In this document: positions 16,142 to 23,075 of the stretch, piece after piece
Layout: every line of letters begins with the position of its first letter
Position numbering within the stretch: the stretch's first letter is position 1
DNA from: a virus
IMG/VR virus record: IMGVR_UViG_3300045988_045849
Strand: one strand, 5' to 3'
DNA length: 42,763 nucleotides
Notes under the pieces: generated by a model
The model's input: the letters and a program-made list of their open reading frames with translations, nothing else
The model's database searches: none
Told to the model about the DNA's origin: nothing
Made by a program: the position numbers and the translations under genes

Positions 16142-16556
16142 ATACACAGCTATTGCCGTGCAGGAAGTCGCCGAGAACCAGAACGTTATTTTAACCGACG
16201 CTATTTGTTGCAATCGTGGGAACGTGCTGCACAATACAGGCTCGGGGCAGGTGACTTTGCGCGGCATTACAAATCAGTGCTTTGCTCGATACCGCGTGTC
16301 TTTTGGTGGTAACGTTGCAATCCCGACAGGTGGCACAGCACAGGCTATTACAATTGCGCTCTCGCTTAACGGCGAAGCATCGCGCAGTGCTTTGGCAATA
16401 ACAACGCCTGCGGCGGCTGCCGAATACGGTAATATCTATATCGACGATATTGTAGACGTGCCGCGCGGCTGCTGCTTGACGCTTGCTGTAAAGAACCTCA
16501 CCGAAGCAACGGTTAACGTGCAAAACGGAAATCTGATTATCGAAAGAATAGCGTAA
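16134..16556 (+). CDS. C1q/TNF-like (BclA C-terminal / BxpB-like) beta-sandwich protein
   Basis: 140 aa. The pattern ENQNVILTD..HNTGSGQVTL..YRVSFGGNV..ITIALSLNGE..LAVKNLT..NGNLIIERIA resembles exosporium C1q-like domains. It has 5 Cys, including two CC pairs. Confidence 0.5.
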   Translation: MPKYTAIAVQEVAENQNVILTDAICCNRGNVLHNTGSGQVTLRGITNQCFARYRVSFGGNVAIPTGGTAQAITIALSLNGEASRSALAITTPAAAAEYGNIYIDDIVDVPRGCCLTLAVKNLTEATVNVQNGNLIIERIA

Positions 16557-16571
16557 GAAAGGAGAACGAAA

Positions 16572-16967
16572 ATGAAAAAAGCATTACACGAACTCAAAGA
16601 GCTGCTTTGCGAAGAACTTGACGAAATCGCGGCGAAAAAGGAAATGAACGCCGGAGACCTCGAAACCTTGCAGAAGCTGACCGATACTATTAAGAATATC
16701 GACAAAATTATGATACTCGAAGAGGACGGCGGATACTCTCAGGCGGGCGACTATGAAGTTCGCGGCAAATACATGATGGGCGGAGATACTTATCGTGATG
16801 GCGGCATGAGCGGCAGAAGACAGCGCAGAGACAGCAGGGGGCGTTACTCTTACGACGACGGCAAACACGAGATTGTTGAACAGCTCGAAGTCATGCTTGA
16901 TAATGCGTCGGATAAGGAACGTGAAGCAATCCGTCGTTGCATTGAAGTCCTCAAAGATATGCGATGA
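16572..16967 (+). CDS. Helical protein with central Arg/Gly/Asp/Tyr-rich linker
   Basis: aaaggagaacgaaa RBS. Central segment reads GGMSGRRQRRDSRGRYSYDDG and the C-terminus reads DKEREAIRRCIEVLKDM. Confidence 0.6.
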   Translation: MKKALHELKELLCEELDEIAAKKEMNAGDLETLQKLTDTIKNIDKIMILEEDGGYSQAGDYEVRGKYMMGGDTYRDGGMSGRRQRRDSRGRYSYDDGKHEIVEQLEVMLDNASDKEREAIRRCIEVLKDMR

Positions 16968-17284
16968 TAACGCTCGAAGAGCTTGACGAAGCTATACGGG
17001 ATTGCGAAAGCTCCGACCGCCATACTTACGACGACTGCATCCGGCTTGCCGCGCTTTATACGATAAAGAATCAGCTTTATCCCGATACCATGCCGGAGCT
17101 GCGTCAATCTTTCCGCGCTCCCGTGGACGAGATAGAAAGCTACGGAGAAAGCGAATTTCTGCAGCTTGTCTCCGGTAAAAAAGCGGAAAGTGTGTGGAGC
17201 GTGATTGACGAGCTGATGAACACGCTCGAAATCACGAATCCTCGTTTGTACGACGGAGTAATGCGTAAGATAGACCGATTATAG
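16964..17284 (+). CDS. Acidic helical hypothetical protein
   Basis: ATGA overlap with the upstream gene. It is the last gene before attP. Confidence 0.55.
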   Translation: MITLEELDEAIRDCESSDRHTYDDCIRLAALYTIKNQLYPDTMPELRQSFRAPVDEIESYGESEFLQLVSGKKAESVWSVIDELMNTLEITNPRLYDGVMRKIDRL

Positions 17285-17315
17285 CGTGTTGCATTTTCGT
17301 GTTGCATTTGTTGCA
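17285..17315 (+). repeat. Direct repeats CGTGTTGCA (17285, 17298) plus TGTTGCA (17309): candidate integrase arm-type sites, left arm
   Basis: Read directly from the sequence. The same 9-mer recurs at 17563 and 17575 on the other side of the tRNA-like core. Confidence 0.5.
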
Positions 17316-17420
17316 CATGGGTGTGCGGTGAACCACAAAATTGTGTTTTGCGTAAACAATTCCGTGTATCTTAATGCGGAATGAATGACGGATATTCACC
17401 AATCAAGCATAATTATACAA

Positions 17421-17453
17421 AAATAACGCATATATCGTGTATATGCGTTATTT
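17421..17453. terminator. Perfect 14-bp hairpin, bidirectional terminator shape
   Basis: AAATAACGCATATA pairs with TATATGCGTTATTT around a 5-nt loop. A/T runs lie on both sides. On the - strand it starts 9 nt after the tRNA-like 3' end. Confidence 0.65.
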
Positions 17454-17461
17454 CCTTTCAT

Positions 17462-17486
17462 TGCAGGTAACAGGGGTCGAACCTGC
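17462..17486 (-). other. tRNA 3'-end fragment (T-arm plus acceptor 3' strand): probable attP core
   Basis: The minus strand reads GCAGG-TTCGACC-CCTGT-TACCTGC-A. It has a canonical T-loop but no matching 5' half nearby, and it is adjacent to int. Confidence 0.55.
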
Positions 17487-17527
17487 ATGAGGTTTTATAA
17501 ATGCTCTTTGATTCTTTTGGATTCATG

Positions 17528-18610
17528 TTATTTTCTCTCTTTTTCTTCCTCTCCTGCATTTTCGTGTTGCATTTCGTGTTGCACCGTCTCAAAATAGCGG
17601 TTTATTTGTTCCGTAACTTCTTCGTTTTTGTCGTCCATCAAGTGCTGGTATACATTTTTGAGCATATTAGGCGTTGCGTGTCCCATGCGCTGCATTGCAT
17701 ATTTATCCGGCACACCGAGTGACAACATCAAACTCGCGTAATAGTGGCGGAGGTCATGGAAACGTATATCAAGACGAAGGCGGTCGCATAGCGTAGCGAA
17801 AGTGTTTGATATTCGTGCGGGATTTTTGATTTTATATCCGCTGTCCCGCGCCGCTTTTAATTTCTCTATTACCCATTCGGGACAATCTATTTCGCGGGTG
17901 CTGCTGGTGGTCTTCGGCTGCTTTGTCACCCACTCGTTATTTTCATTTTGCGATACCGCTTTTGTTATTTTGATTTTGCACTTGTTATAATCGATATCTT
18001 TGCTCAAATCGAGGGCGCATATTTCGCCGCGCCGCATTCCGCAGGTCGCGGCAAGCAAAACGGGAATTTCGAGAGGTTTTCCCTCTACGGCTTTCAATAG
18101 GATTTGCAGCTCGCTGTTTGTTGGGATGTGCATTTCTTTCTTCTGTCGTTGCGGGAGTTTGATGTTGTAGTGTATCTCCGGCACTGCCGCGCGTATTGCT
18201 GCGTAAAATAAGCCGTATATGTTCGCTATGGTTTTCGGCGCAAGGGTCCGCGCTTCCCTGTTTATTTCTGACTGGATTTGACTTTCGGTCAGTTTTTTTA
18301 TTTTTATCTTTTTTATCGTTTTTAAATGATTGCGCAGGTATCCGCGAGATTCGCGCACGGTCTTGGGAGACATTATTTCGTCGCGGTCTGATATATACTT
18401 TTCAATCGCTTCTTCCACTGTCATTTCTTCCGGTGTTCGGTCGTGGGATATGCCGCGCTCCAGTTCATACTTCCGCCGAGCGGCTAACAAATTCGCTTCT
18501 GATTCCGTCGGGGCGGTGATAGATTCGTACTGTCGTTTTCCGTTTTCATCCACTCCCACGTATAGCAGGACGCGCCAATTGCCGGAGGGGAGCTTTTTTG
18601 CCTTTGCCAT
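17528..18610 (-). CDS. int: Tyrosine integrase
   Basis: 360 aa. N-terminus reads KKLPSGNWRV. Catalytic motifs are RRGEICAL, HDLRHYYAS and GHATPNMLKNVYQH. Confidence 0.92.
   Translation of the reverse strand: MAKAKKLPSGNWRVLLYVGVDENGKRQYESITAPTESEANLLAARRKYELERGISHDRTPEEMTVEEAIEKYISDRDEIMSPKTVRESRGYLRNHLKTIKKIKIKKLTESQIQSEINREARTLAPKTIANIYGLFYAAIRAAVPEIHYNIKLPQRQKKEMHIPTNSELQILLKAVEGKPLEIPVLLAATCGMRRGEICALDLSKDIDYNKCKIKITKAVSQNENNEWVTKQPKTTSSTREIDCPEWVIEKLKAARDSGYKIKNPARISNTFATLCDRLRLDIRFHDLRHYYASLMLSLGVPDKYAMQRMGHATPNMLKNVYQHLMDDKNEEVTEQINRYFETVQHEMQHENAGEEEKERK
17555..17584 (+). repeat. Direct repeats CGTGTTGCA (17563, 17575): candidate arm-type sites, right arm, inside the int 3' end
   Basis: TGCATTTTCGTGTTGCATTTCGTGTTGCAC, in the same orientation as the 17285-17315 copies. 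Confidence 0.5.
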
Positions 18611-18630
18611 TTCATTTTATCTCCTATTTC

Positions 18631-18660
18631 AAAAAGCCGGATTTTGCTCCGGCTCTTTTT
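18631..18660 (-). terminator. Bidirectional rho-independent terminator between the lipoprotein gene and int
   Basis: AGCCGGA (18635-41) pairs with TCCGGCT (18648-54) around a 6-nt loop, flanked by A5 and T5. Confidence 0.7.
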
Positions 18661-19069
18661 ATTCTTTTGCGAGGTGCACTGTCTTAGTTACTCCCATGGC
18701 GGTTACGTCAAACGTAATTTCGCCGTCCGAATTGTAAGTGAAGTCTTTCGTGTCGTCGCCGGACGCGAGAAGTGCTGAATCTGTTTTATCGTGGTCGTTG
18801 ACACTGCTCCACGTATATGTTCCGGCTTCGGTCGGCGCGACGTATGTACCCGACCAGTAGAGGGCGCGTGTCTCGTCTGCTGACCAGTATACCTCTATCG
18901 TGTCGGAGGTAATTTCGGCAGACATTTTCGCATCGGAATCCGTGTTTGTTTCAATCCAACTGCCCGACAAATCGGGAACAGTACCTTTTTCTTCGCCTTT
19001 GCCAGAGCACGCTGTTAACGCGCATCCGCATAGAACGAGAGCGATTATTGCTGCTATTGCTTTTTTCAT
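18659..19069 (-). CDS. Secreted lipoprotein (candidate superinfection exclusion or sensor partner)
   Basis: Signal peptide MKKAIAAIIALVLCGCALTAC with lipobox LTAC. The start lies 3 nt after the upstream stop. Confidence 0.8.
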   Translation of the reverse strand: MKKAIAAIIALVLCGCALTACSGKGEEKGTVPDLSGSWIETNTDSDAKMSAEITSDTIEVYWSADETRALYWSGTYVAPTEAGTYTWSSVNDHDKTDSALLASGDDTKDFTYNSDGEITFDVTAMGVTKTVHLAKE

Positions 19070-19072
19070 TTT

Positions 19073-19585
19073 TTATAGTCCTCCCTGTTGTGTGTATGTG
19101 TATAACGACACGCTGTCGTTGTTGGGTACAATTTGAGCTTGAGCCGAGTATCTTATAAACCCTCTGTCAAGATGGGTATAGTCCCATATCAGCCATAAAA
19201 TTAACAGAACCATCAATGCCGCGACCGCTATCGATAAACGGTTGAGCCATTTTTCTTTATTCTTTATCCTTGCTTCGGTTGAGGAAATGACGTAATTCAC
19301 AAAACGGTCATCACGCGGCTTGGCTTCTGCTTGTTTTGTGCTATCGGATTTTTCGGCAGTCTCTTCGATAACTGTTATTGTATCTAACGACACGCCGAGA
19401 GCGTGAGAAATCGGTGAAATAGTATCATATGTCGGGGAGCGGTTTGTGCCGTTGAAAACCTTAGTAACGGTTGATTCCGGCACACCCGATATTTCGGCAA
19501 TCACCGCATTCGTATATCCGAGTTCTTCTTTGCGTTCTACAAGTTTTTGCACCAAATTTTCGCTTGATAAGTCCGTAGTTCCCAT
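19073..19585 (-). CDS. Membrane-anchored XRE-family HTH protein
   Basis: AAGGAG RBS. N-terminal HTH (YTNAVIAEISGVPESTVTKVFNG), one TM segment (LSIAVAALMVLLILWLIW), and a 36-aa tail after the TM. Confidence 0.8.
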   Translation of the reverse strand: MGTTDLSSENLVQKLVERKEELGYTNAVIAEISGVPESTVTKVFNGTNRSPTYDTISPISHALGVSLDTITVIEETAEKSDSTKQAEAKPRDDRFVNYVISSTEARIKNKEKWLNRLSIAVAALMVLLILWLIWDYTHLDRGFIRYSAQAQIVPNNDSVSLYTYTQQGGL

Positions 19586-19806
19586 TACACACTCCTTTTT
19601 TGCGTGTGCGGCGTTCGAATCGCCGTATCATGCTGCTTAAATAGTCGTATTCGGCTGCGGATTAGCCTTGTTCGGGTATTGCGGCTCTCCTTTAGCCGTT
19701 GTATAGTTAAGTTACAAGGTGCACAGCCTTATATCACGTAGCTGCTCACCGCTGCGTTCACTCCGCTGTTGGGACAATCGGCAGCGGAGAAAAAACTGCG
19801 CAACGT

Positions 19807-19849
19807 GTAACCACGCTTACATTATATCATAGTATAAAGCAAAAAGCAA
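19807..19849 (-). promoter_or_regulatory. Minus-strand promoter TTGCTT-17-TATAAT followed by operator-like GTAAGCGTGGTTAC
   Basis: The -35 is at 19849-44 and the -10 at 19826-21. The 20-mer 19807-19826 matches 20410-20429 at 19 of 20 positions. Confidence 0.55.
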
Positions 19850-19924
19850 CAGATATGGCAAAATTTGTATGGGGAATTTTGGTACAATTTTCGACATGTG
19901 CAAGTTTTCGGCTTGACGGTACTT

Positions 19925-20302
19925 TTATGCGTTGCGTATAAGATTTATTCCTTGCATGATGTGAGTGAGTTTATCGGACGGAAGCAACAGCACATTTGTA
20001 AGTATTTGACGCTGCTCTTCGTTAACTTCGCGCAGTACTTCCACCATGTGATTCACAATCGTTTTTTCCTCTGAGCTAAATATAATCATGGGAGGTGTGG
20101 GGTCATCGGTTTGGTCTGTAAGATATTCGTAAGATGTTCCGAGAGTATCGGCAATCTTGCGTATGCGGTCATCTGGCATTTTGCCGCCGCGCTTTGCAAC
20201 ATCGTTTAAATACACCTTTTGCAACCCCAATTGTTCGCAAAGATAGGTCTGCTTAATACCGCGACTTTGACATAATTCTTTGATTTTGTTTATATTTACC
20301 AC
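19925..20302 (-). CDS. CI-like repressor (XRE HTH)
   Basis: GTG start with an AGAGG RBS. HTH reads IKQTYLCEQLGLQKVYLNDVAKRG. It is divergent from the early operon. Confidence 0.8.
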   Translation of the reverse strand: MVNINKIKELCQSRGIKQTYLCEQLGLQKVYLNDVAKRGGKMPDDRIRKIADTLGTSYEYLTDQTDDPTPPMIIFSSEEKTIVNHMVEVLREVNEEQRQILTNVLLLPSDKLTHIMQGINLIRNA

Positions 20303-20368
20303 ATTAAACCTCTGAAATTGTGCAAGATGTAGAATCTTACTAAAATAGGTATTTTTTTGAAAAAGCTA

Positions 20369-20397
20369 TTGCAATTCTTACGAAAATAAGCTATAAT
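20369..20397 (+). promoter_or_regulatory. Early (lytic) promoter TTGCAA-17-TATAAT
   Basis: TTGCAA at 20369-74, a counted 17-nt spacer, then TATAAT at 20392-97. Confidence 0.6.
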
Positions 20398-20409
20398 ATA
20401 CTCAAGCAA

Positions 20410-20452
20410 GTAACCACGGTTACATTATAACAAATATAAAAAGAAAATTCAA
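20410..20452 (-). promoter_or_regulatory. Palindromic operator GTAACCACGGTTAC (20410-23) abutting minus-strand promoter TTGAAT-17-TATAAT
   Basis: The -10 is at 20429-24 and the -35 at 20452-47. The palindrome has 6-bp arms and a 2-bp spacer. Confidence 0.55.
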
Positions 20453-20466
20453 GAGGGGAACAGAAA

Positions 20467-20658
20467 ATGGAACGCACAATAGTTATCAAAGATGCACAGG
20501 AAACAAGCTATGTTATTGGTAAGGTTTACACTAACCACAGCATGACTAACGACGAGCTGCTTGAATGCGCCGGACTTACACTTAACGATGAAGGTATATG
20601 GACAAACGGCGACGGCGAATGGACAAGCAACGACGTTATCGTGGAATACGAGGACTAA
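20467..20658 (+). CDS. Hypothetical early protein
   Basis: First ORF of the early operon with a GAGGGGA RBS. 63 aa, acidic. Confidence 0.55.
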   Translation: MERTIVIKDAQETSYVIGKVYTNHSMTNDELLECAGLTLNDEGIWTNGDGEWTSNDVIVEYED

Positions 20659-20669
20659 GGAGAACGAAG

Positions 20670-20942
20670 ATGAATAGAAGTTGGAAGACAGAAGCAAAAA
20701 GAAGCTGGAAAGCAACGAAACTTGCAATACTCGAAAAAGAGTACGGTAAGGAAGCAGCGGAATGGGACAAAATAGAGCCTGCGGTCAAAGATGATAGGCG
20801 AGTATACATTAACATGTATAACCTGCTCGTTGAGGCTGTAAAAAGTCTCGAGGACGAACCACACGCGGTGGTGAGAGTTGCTATGAACCACTACTTTGAG
20901 GATGCCGGAAAAACAATGGAAATAATCAAAAAATGCTTTTAA
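20670..20942 (+). CDS. Hypothetical early protein
   Basis: AAGGAG RBS upstream of the ATG at 20670. The tracked upstream extension is Arg-rich and overlaps the previous gene. Confidence 0.55.
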   Translation: MNRSWKTEAKRSWKATKLAILEKEYGKEAAEWDKIEPAVKDDRRVYINMYNLLVEAVKSLEDEPHAVVRVAMNHYFEDAGKTMEIIKKCF

Positions 20943-21030
20943 TGCAGAGTGACCCGCTCCGGCGGGGTAATGCACACAGCTAAGGCTGTACGGTCACAAG
21001 TCCGTGCATGACGAAAGAGAGGAAAAAGCA

Positions 21031-21267
21031 ATGCTTAATTTTAAAGGCAAAAGATGGGTGCGGGAAGGAAACGCCTATCGCCTTGCTGGTACGAGATTTA
21101 AAATCTACCAGTGGAATTCCGGCAAGAACGCCAACTTCCTTATTGAAGAGACTGGCAAAGGCACTATAACCGTACACGGAAAGGGTGAAACCGCGCGAGA
21201 CTGGGCGATAAGAAAGGTTTTTGAAATGATGGAGGATTATAAATGTACTACAAATACACTCTGTTGA
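21031..21267 (+). CDS. Hypothetical protein
   Basis: GAGAGGA RBS 7 nt upstream of the ATG at 21031. Confidence 0.5.
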   Translation: MLNFKGKRWVREGNAYRLAGTRFKIYQWNSGKNANFLIEETGKGTITVHGKGETARDWAIRKVFEMMEDYKCTTNTLC

Positions 21268-21632
21268 AAGATTTGCCGGAAGCAAAGGCGGGAACGTCAT
21301 GGACGTTCGATGAACCGCCGGAAGAACTAAAAAAAGAATATAGAAACAAGTTAGATGATGAGACTATAAACCTTAGAGCTGGGAACCAGTGCTTTGCGTT
21401 AAGCACAAAAACATTAAAAAATCCCGAATGGTTTAAAAAAGAACTCGCCGAAGATAGTTTGGCGGAAATCAAATGTCCGATTTGCGGAGAGACGCGTGGA
21501 AGGATATACACCACAAAAGAGTACAAGTATGTTTGGGCTGATGATGTGTGCGAAGATGTATTTACTGTTTGGTATGAGTTTGCGTGCGGACACAAATTAG
21601 AGAAACTCTACACGAAAGGATATTACAGATAA
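21243..21632 (+). CDS. Hypothetical protein with CPICGE.. Cys motif
   Basis: 129-aa ORF overlapping its neighbours in the early operon. Confidence 0.5.
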   Translation: MYYKYTLLKDLPEAKAGTSWTFDEPPEELKKEYRNKLDDETINLRAGNQCFALSTKTLKNPEWFKKELAEDSLAEIKCPICGETRGRIYTTKEYKYVWADDVCEDVFTVWYEFACGHKLEKLYTKGYYR

Positions 21633-21829
21633 TGGCTGATTTTATGAGACTGCTTATCAGCTCGGAGGGTGACAAGGATTTGCTGTGCAAATGCATAATC
21701 GCGGTGCTGCTGATATATGTCGGCGGTATGCTGCTGGTTATATTTGCAAAACGAATCTGGGAAATGCGCGAAGCCGAGCTTGAGTTAAAACGAATCAAGG
21801 CAAGAGAAAGGAACAAAAATGGATTTTAA
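21632..21829 (+). CDS. Small membrane protein
   Basis: TAATG overlap with the upstream gene. TM segment CIIAVLLIYVGGMLLVIFA. Confidence 0.5.
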   Translation: MADFMRLLISSEGDKDLLCKCIIAVLLIYVGGMLLVIFAKRIWEMREAELELKRIKARERNKNGF

Positions 21830-22043
21830 GGCAATCGGAAAGCGTATATTTGCGCTCCGTAAAGAAGCAGGAATCACGCAGCGTGAGCTTGCGGAAGCCG
21901 CCGGGGTATCTCGTGAGTTTATCACGGTGCTTGAAGCGGGATACAAAATTCCGCCGCTTGCAACGCTGTGCGGAATTGCGGAAAAGCTTAATGTCACCAT
22001 AGATTATCTTATCTACGGTGACAAGGAAAACACAAAGGCATAA
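21819..22043 (+). CDS. XRE-family HTH regulator (Cro-like candidate)
   Basis: GKRIFALRKEAGITQRELAEAAGVSREFITVLEAG is a classic XRE HTH. Confidence 0.8.
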   Translation: MDFKAIGKRIFALRKEAGITQRELAEAAGVSREFITVLEAGYKIPPLATLCGIAEKLNVTIDYLIYGDKENTKA

Positions 22044-22094
22044 ACGCTAACGTTTAAAACATAAACAAAAAAGTATACGAAAGGGGATGATATT

Positions 22095-23075
22095 ATGTTT
22101 TATGACGCATTTATGAAGCTGTGCGAAATGCACGGCAAGTCGGCGAGGGAGGTGTTGAGCGGAAGTGGTTTATCGAAATACGCTTATCACCGTTGGAAGG
22201 ACGGTACACCTACGTTGGAGACAAGAATCAAGCTTGCGGATTACTTTGGTATGACCGTCGAAGAGCTTGACGCTTACGCCAAGGAGGAAACCGCTCCGGC
22301 GGAGGTTGAGACAAACGAAGAAACCGTGCAGGACAAGCAGGGCGGAAATGAAGTTGAGGTATTTACTCATAAGGATTTTGGAGAAATCCGCACAATACAA
22401 ATTGACGGTGAACCGTGGTTTGTTGCAAACGATGTTATGCGAGTTCTTGAGGTAAGCAATTCAAAAGACGCAATTCGTACTTTGGACGATGACGAAAAAT
22501 CGGGGGTAGATATTATAGACCCCCACGGTAGGAAACAGAAAACGAATTGTATTAGCGAAGCAGGACTGTACTCAATTATTCTTCGCAGCAGGAAGCCGGA
22601 AGCGAAAGCGTTTAAACGCTGGGTAACTCATGAGGTTATTCCCTCTATCCGCAAGCACGGCGCGTATCTTACTCCGCAGAAAATTGAGGACGCGCTTTTG
22701 AATCCCGATGTGATTATCAATCTTGCGCTACAGCTCAAGACGGAGAAACAAAAGAACGCCGAACTTACGGCAAAAGCCGCTTATTATGACGCGGTGGCTG
22801 GTGCTTCCGGCAGTACGAACTTCCGCGACACGGCAAAAATGCTGGGGATTAGCGAGAAGAAATTTATCGAAACCGTACTCGGCAAGAAATACTGTTATAG
22901 GGCGGTCGATAAGAAAATCGTGCCGTACTCACAGTATATGGTGGCAGGATGGTTTGAGGTACGCGAGGTTTACTACGGCTCGCCGGAAGACCCACATTGC
23001 ACGATACAGACGCGGATAACACCTTACGGACGGCAGAACATCTACATACGCTTTAAGCGGGAAGGCATTTTATGA
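22095..23075 (+). CDS. Antirepressor (HTH + BRO-N + KilA-C/ANT domains)
   Basis: FGEIRTIQIDGEPWFVANDVMRVLE is BRO-N-like. The C-terminal ..YYDAVAGASGSTNFRDTAKMLG.. is KilAC-like. Confidence 0.8.
   Translation: MFYDAFMKLCEMHGKSAREVLSGSGLSKYAYHRWKDGTPTLETRIKLADYFGMTVEELDAYAKEETAPAEVETNEETVQDKQGGNEVEVFTHKDFGEIRTIQIDGEPWFVANDVMRVLEVSNSKDAIRTLDDDEKSGVDIIDPHGRKQKTNCISEAGLYSIILRSRKPEAKAFKRWVTHEVIPSIRKHGAYLTPQKIEDALLNPDVIINLALQLKTEKQKNAELTAKAAYYDAVAGASGSTNFRDTAKMLGISEKKFIETVLGKKYCYRAVDKKIVPYSQYMVAGWFEVREVYYGSPEDPHCTIQTRITPYGRQNIYIRFKREGIL

Noticed and set aside
17501-17722. 73-aa plus-strand ORF, plus 17802..17990, 18196..18519 and 18330..18737
   Set aside because: All are antisense to the integrase gene, whose catalytic motifs are unambiguous.
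19761-19789. 8-bp perfect hairpin as a terminator
   Set aside because: On the plus strand it is followed by an A-run. On the minus strand the U-run precedes rather than follows the stem. It is therefore not an intrinsic terminator in either direction and is kept only as leader structure.
20944-21003. GC-rich hairpins (ACCCGC/GCGGGT and ACAGC/GCTGT, nested in ATGCAC/GTGCAT) as a terminator or ncRNA within the early operon
   Set aside because: There is no U-tract or promoter, and the stems are short. Evidence is insufficient to call a feature.
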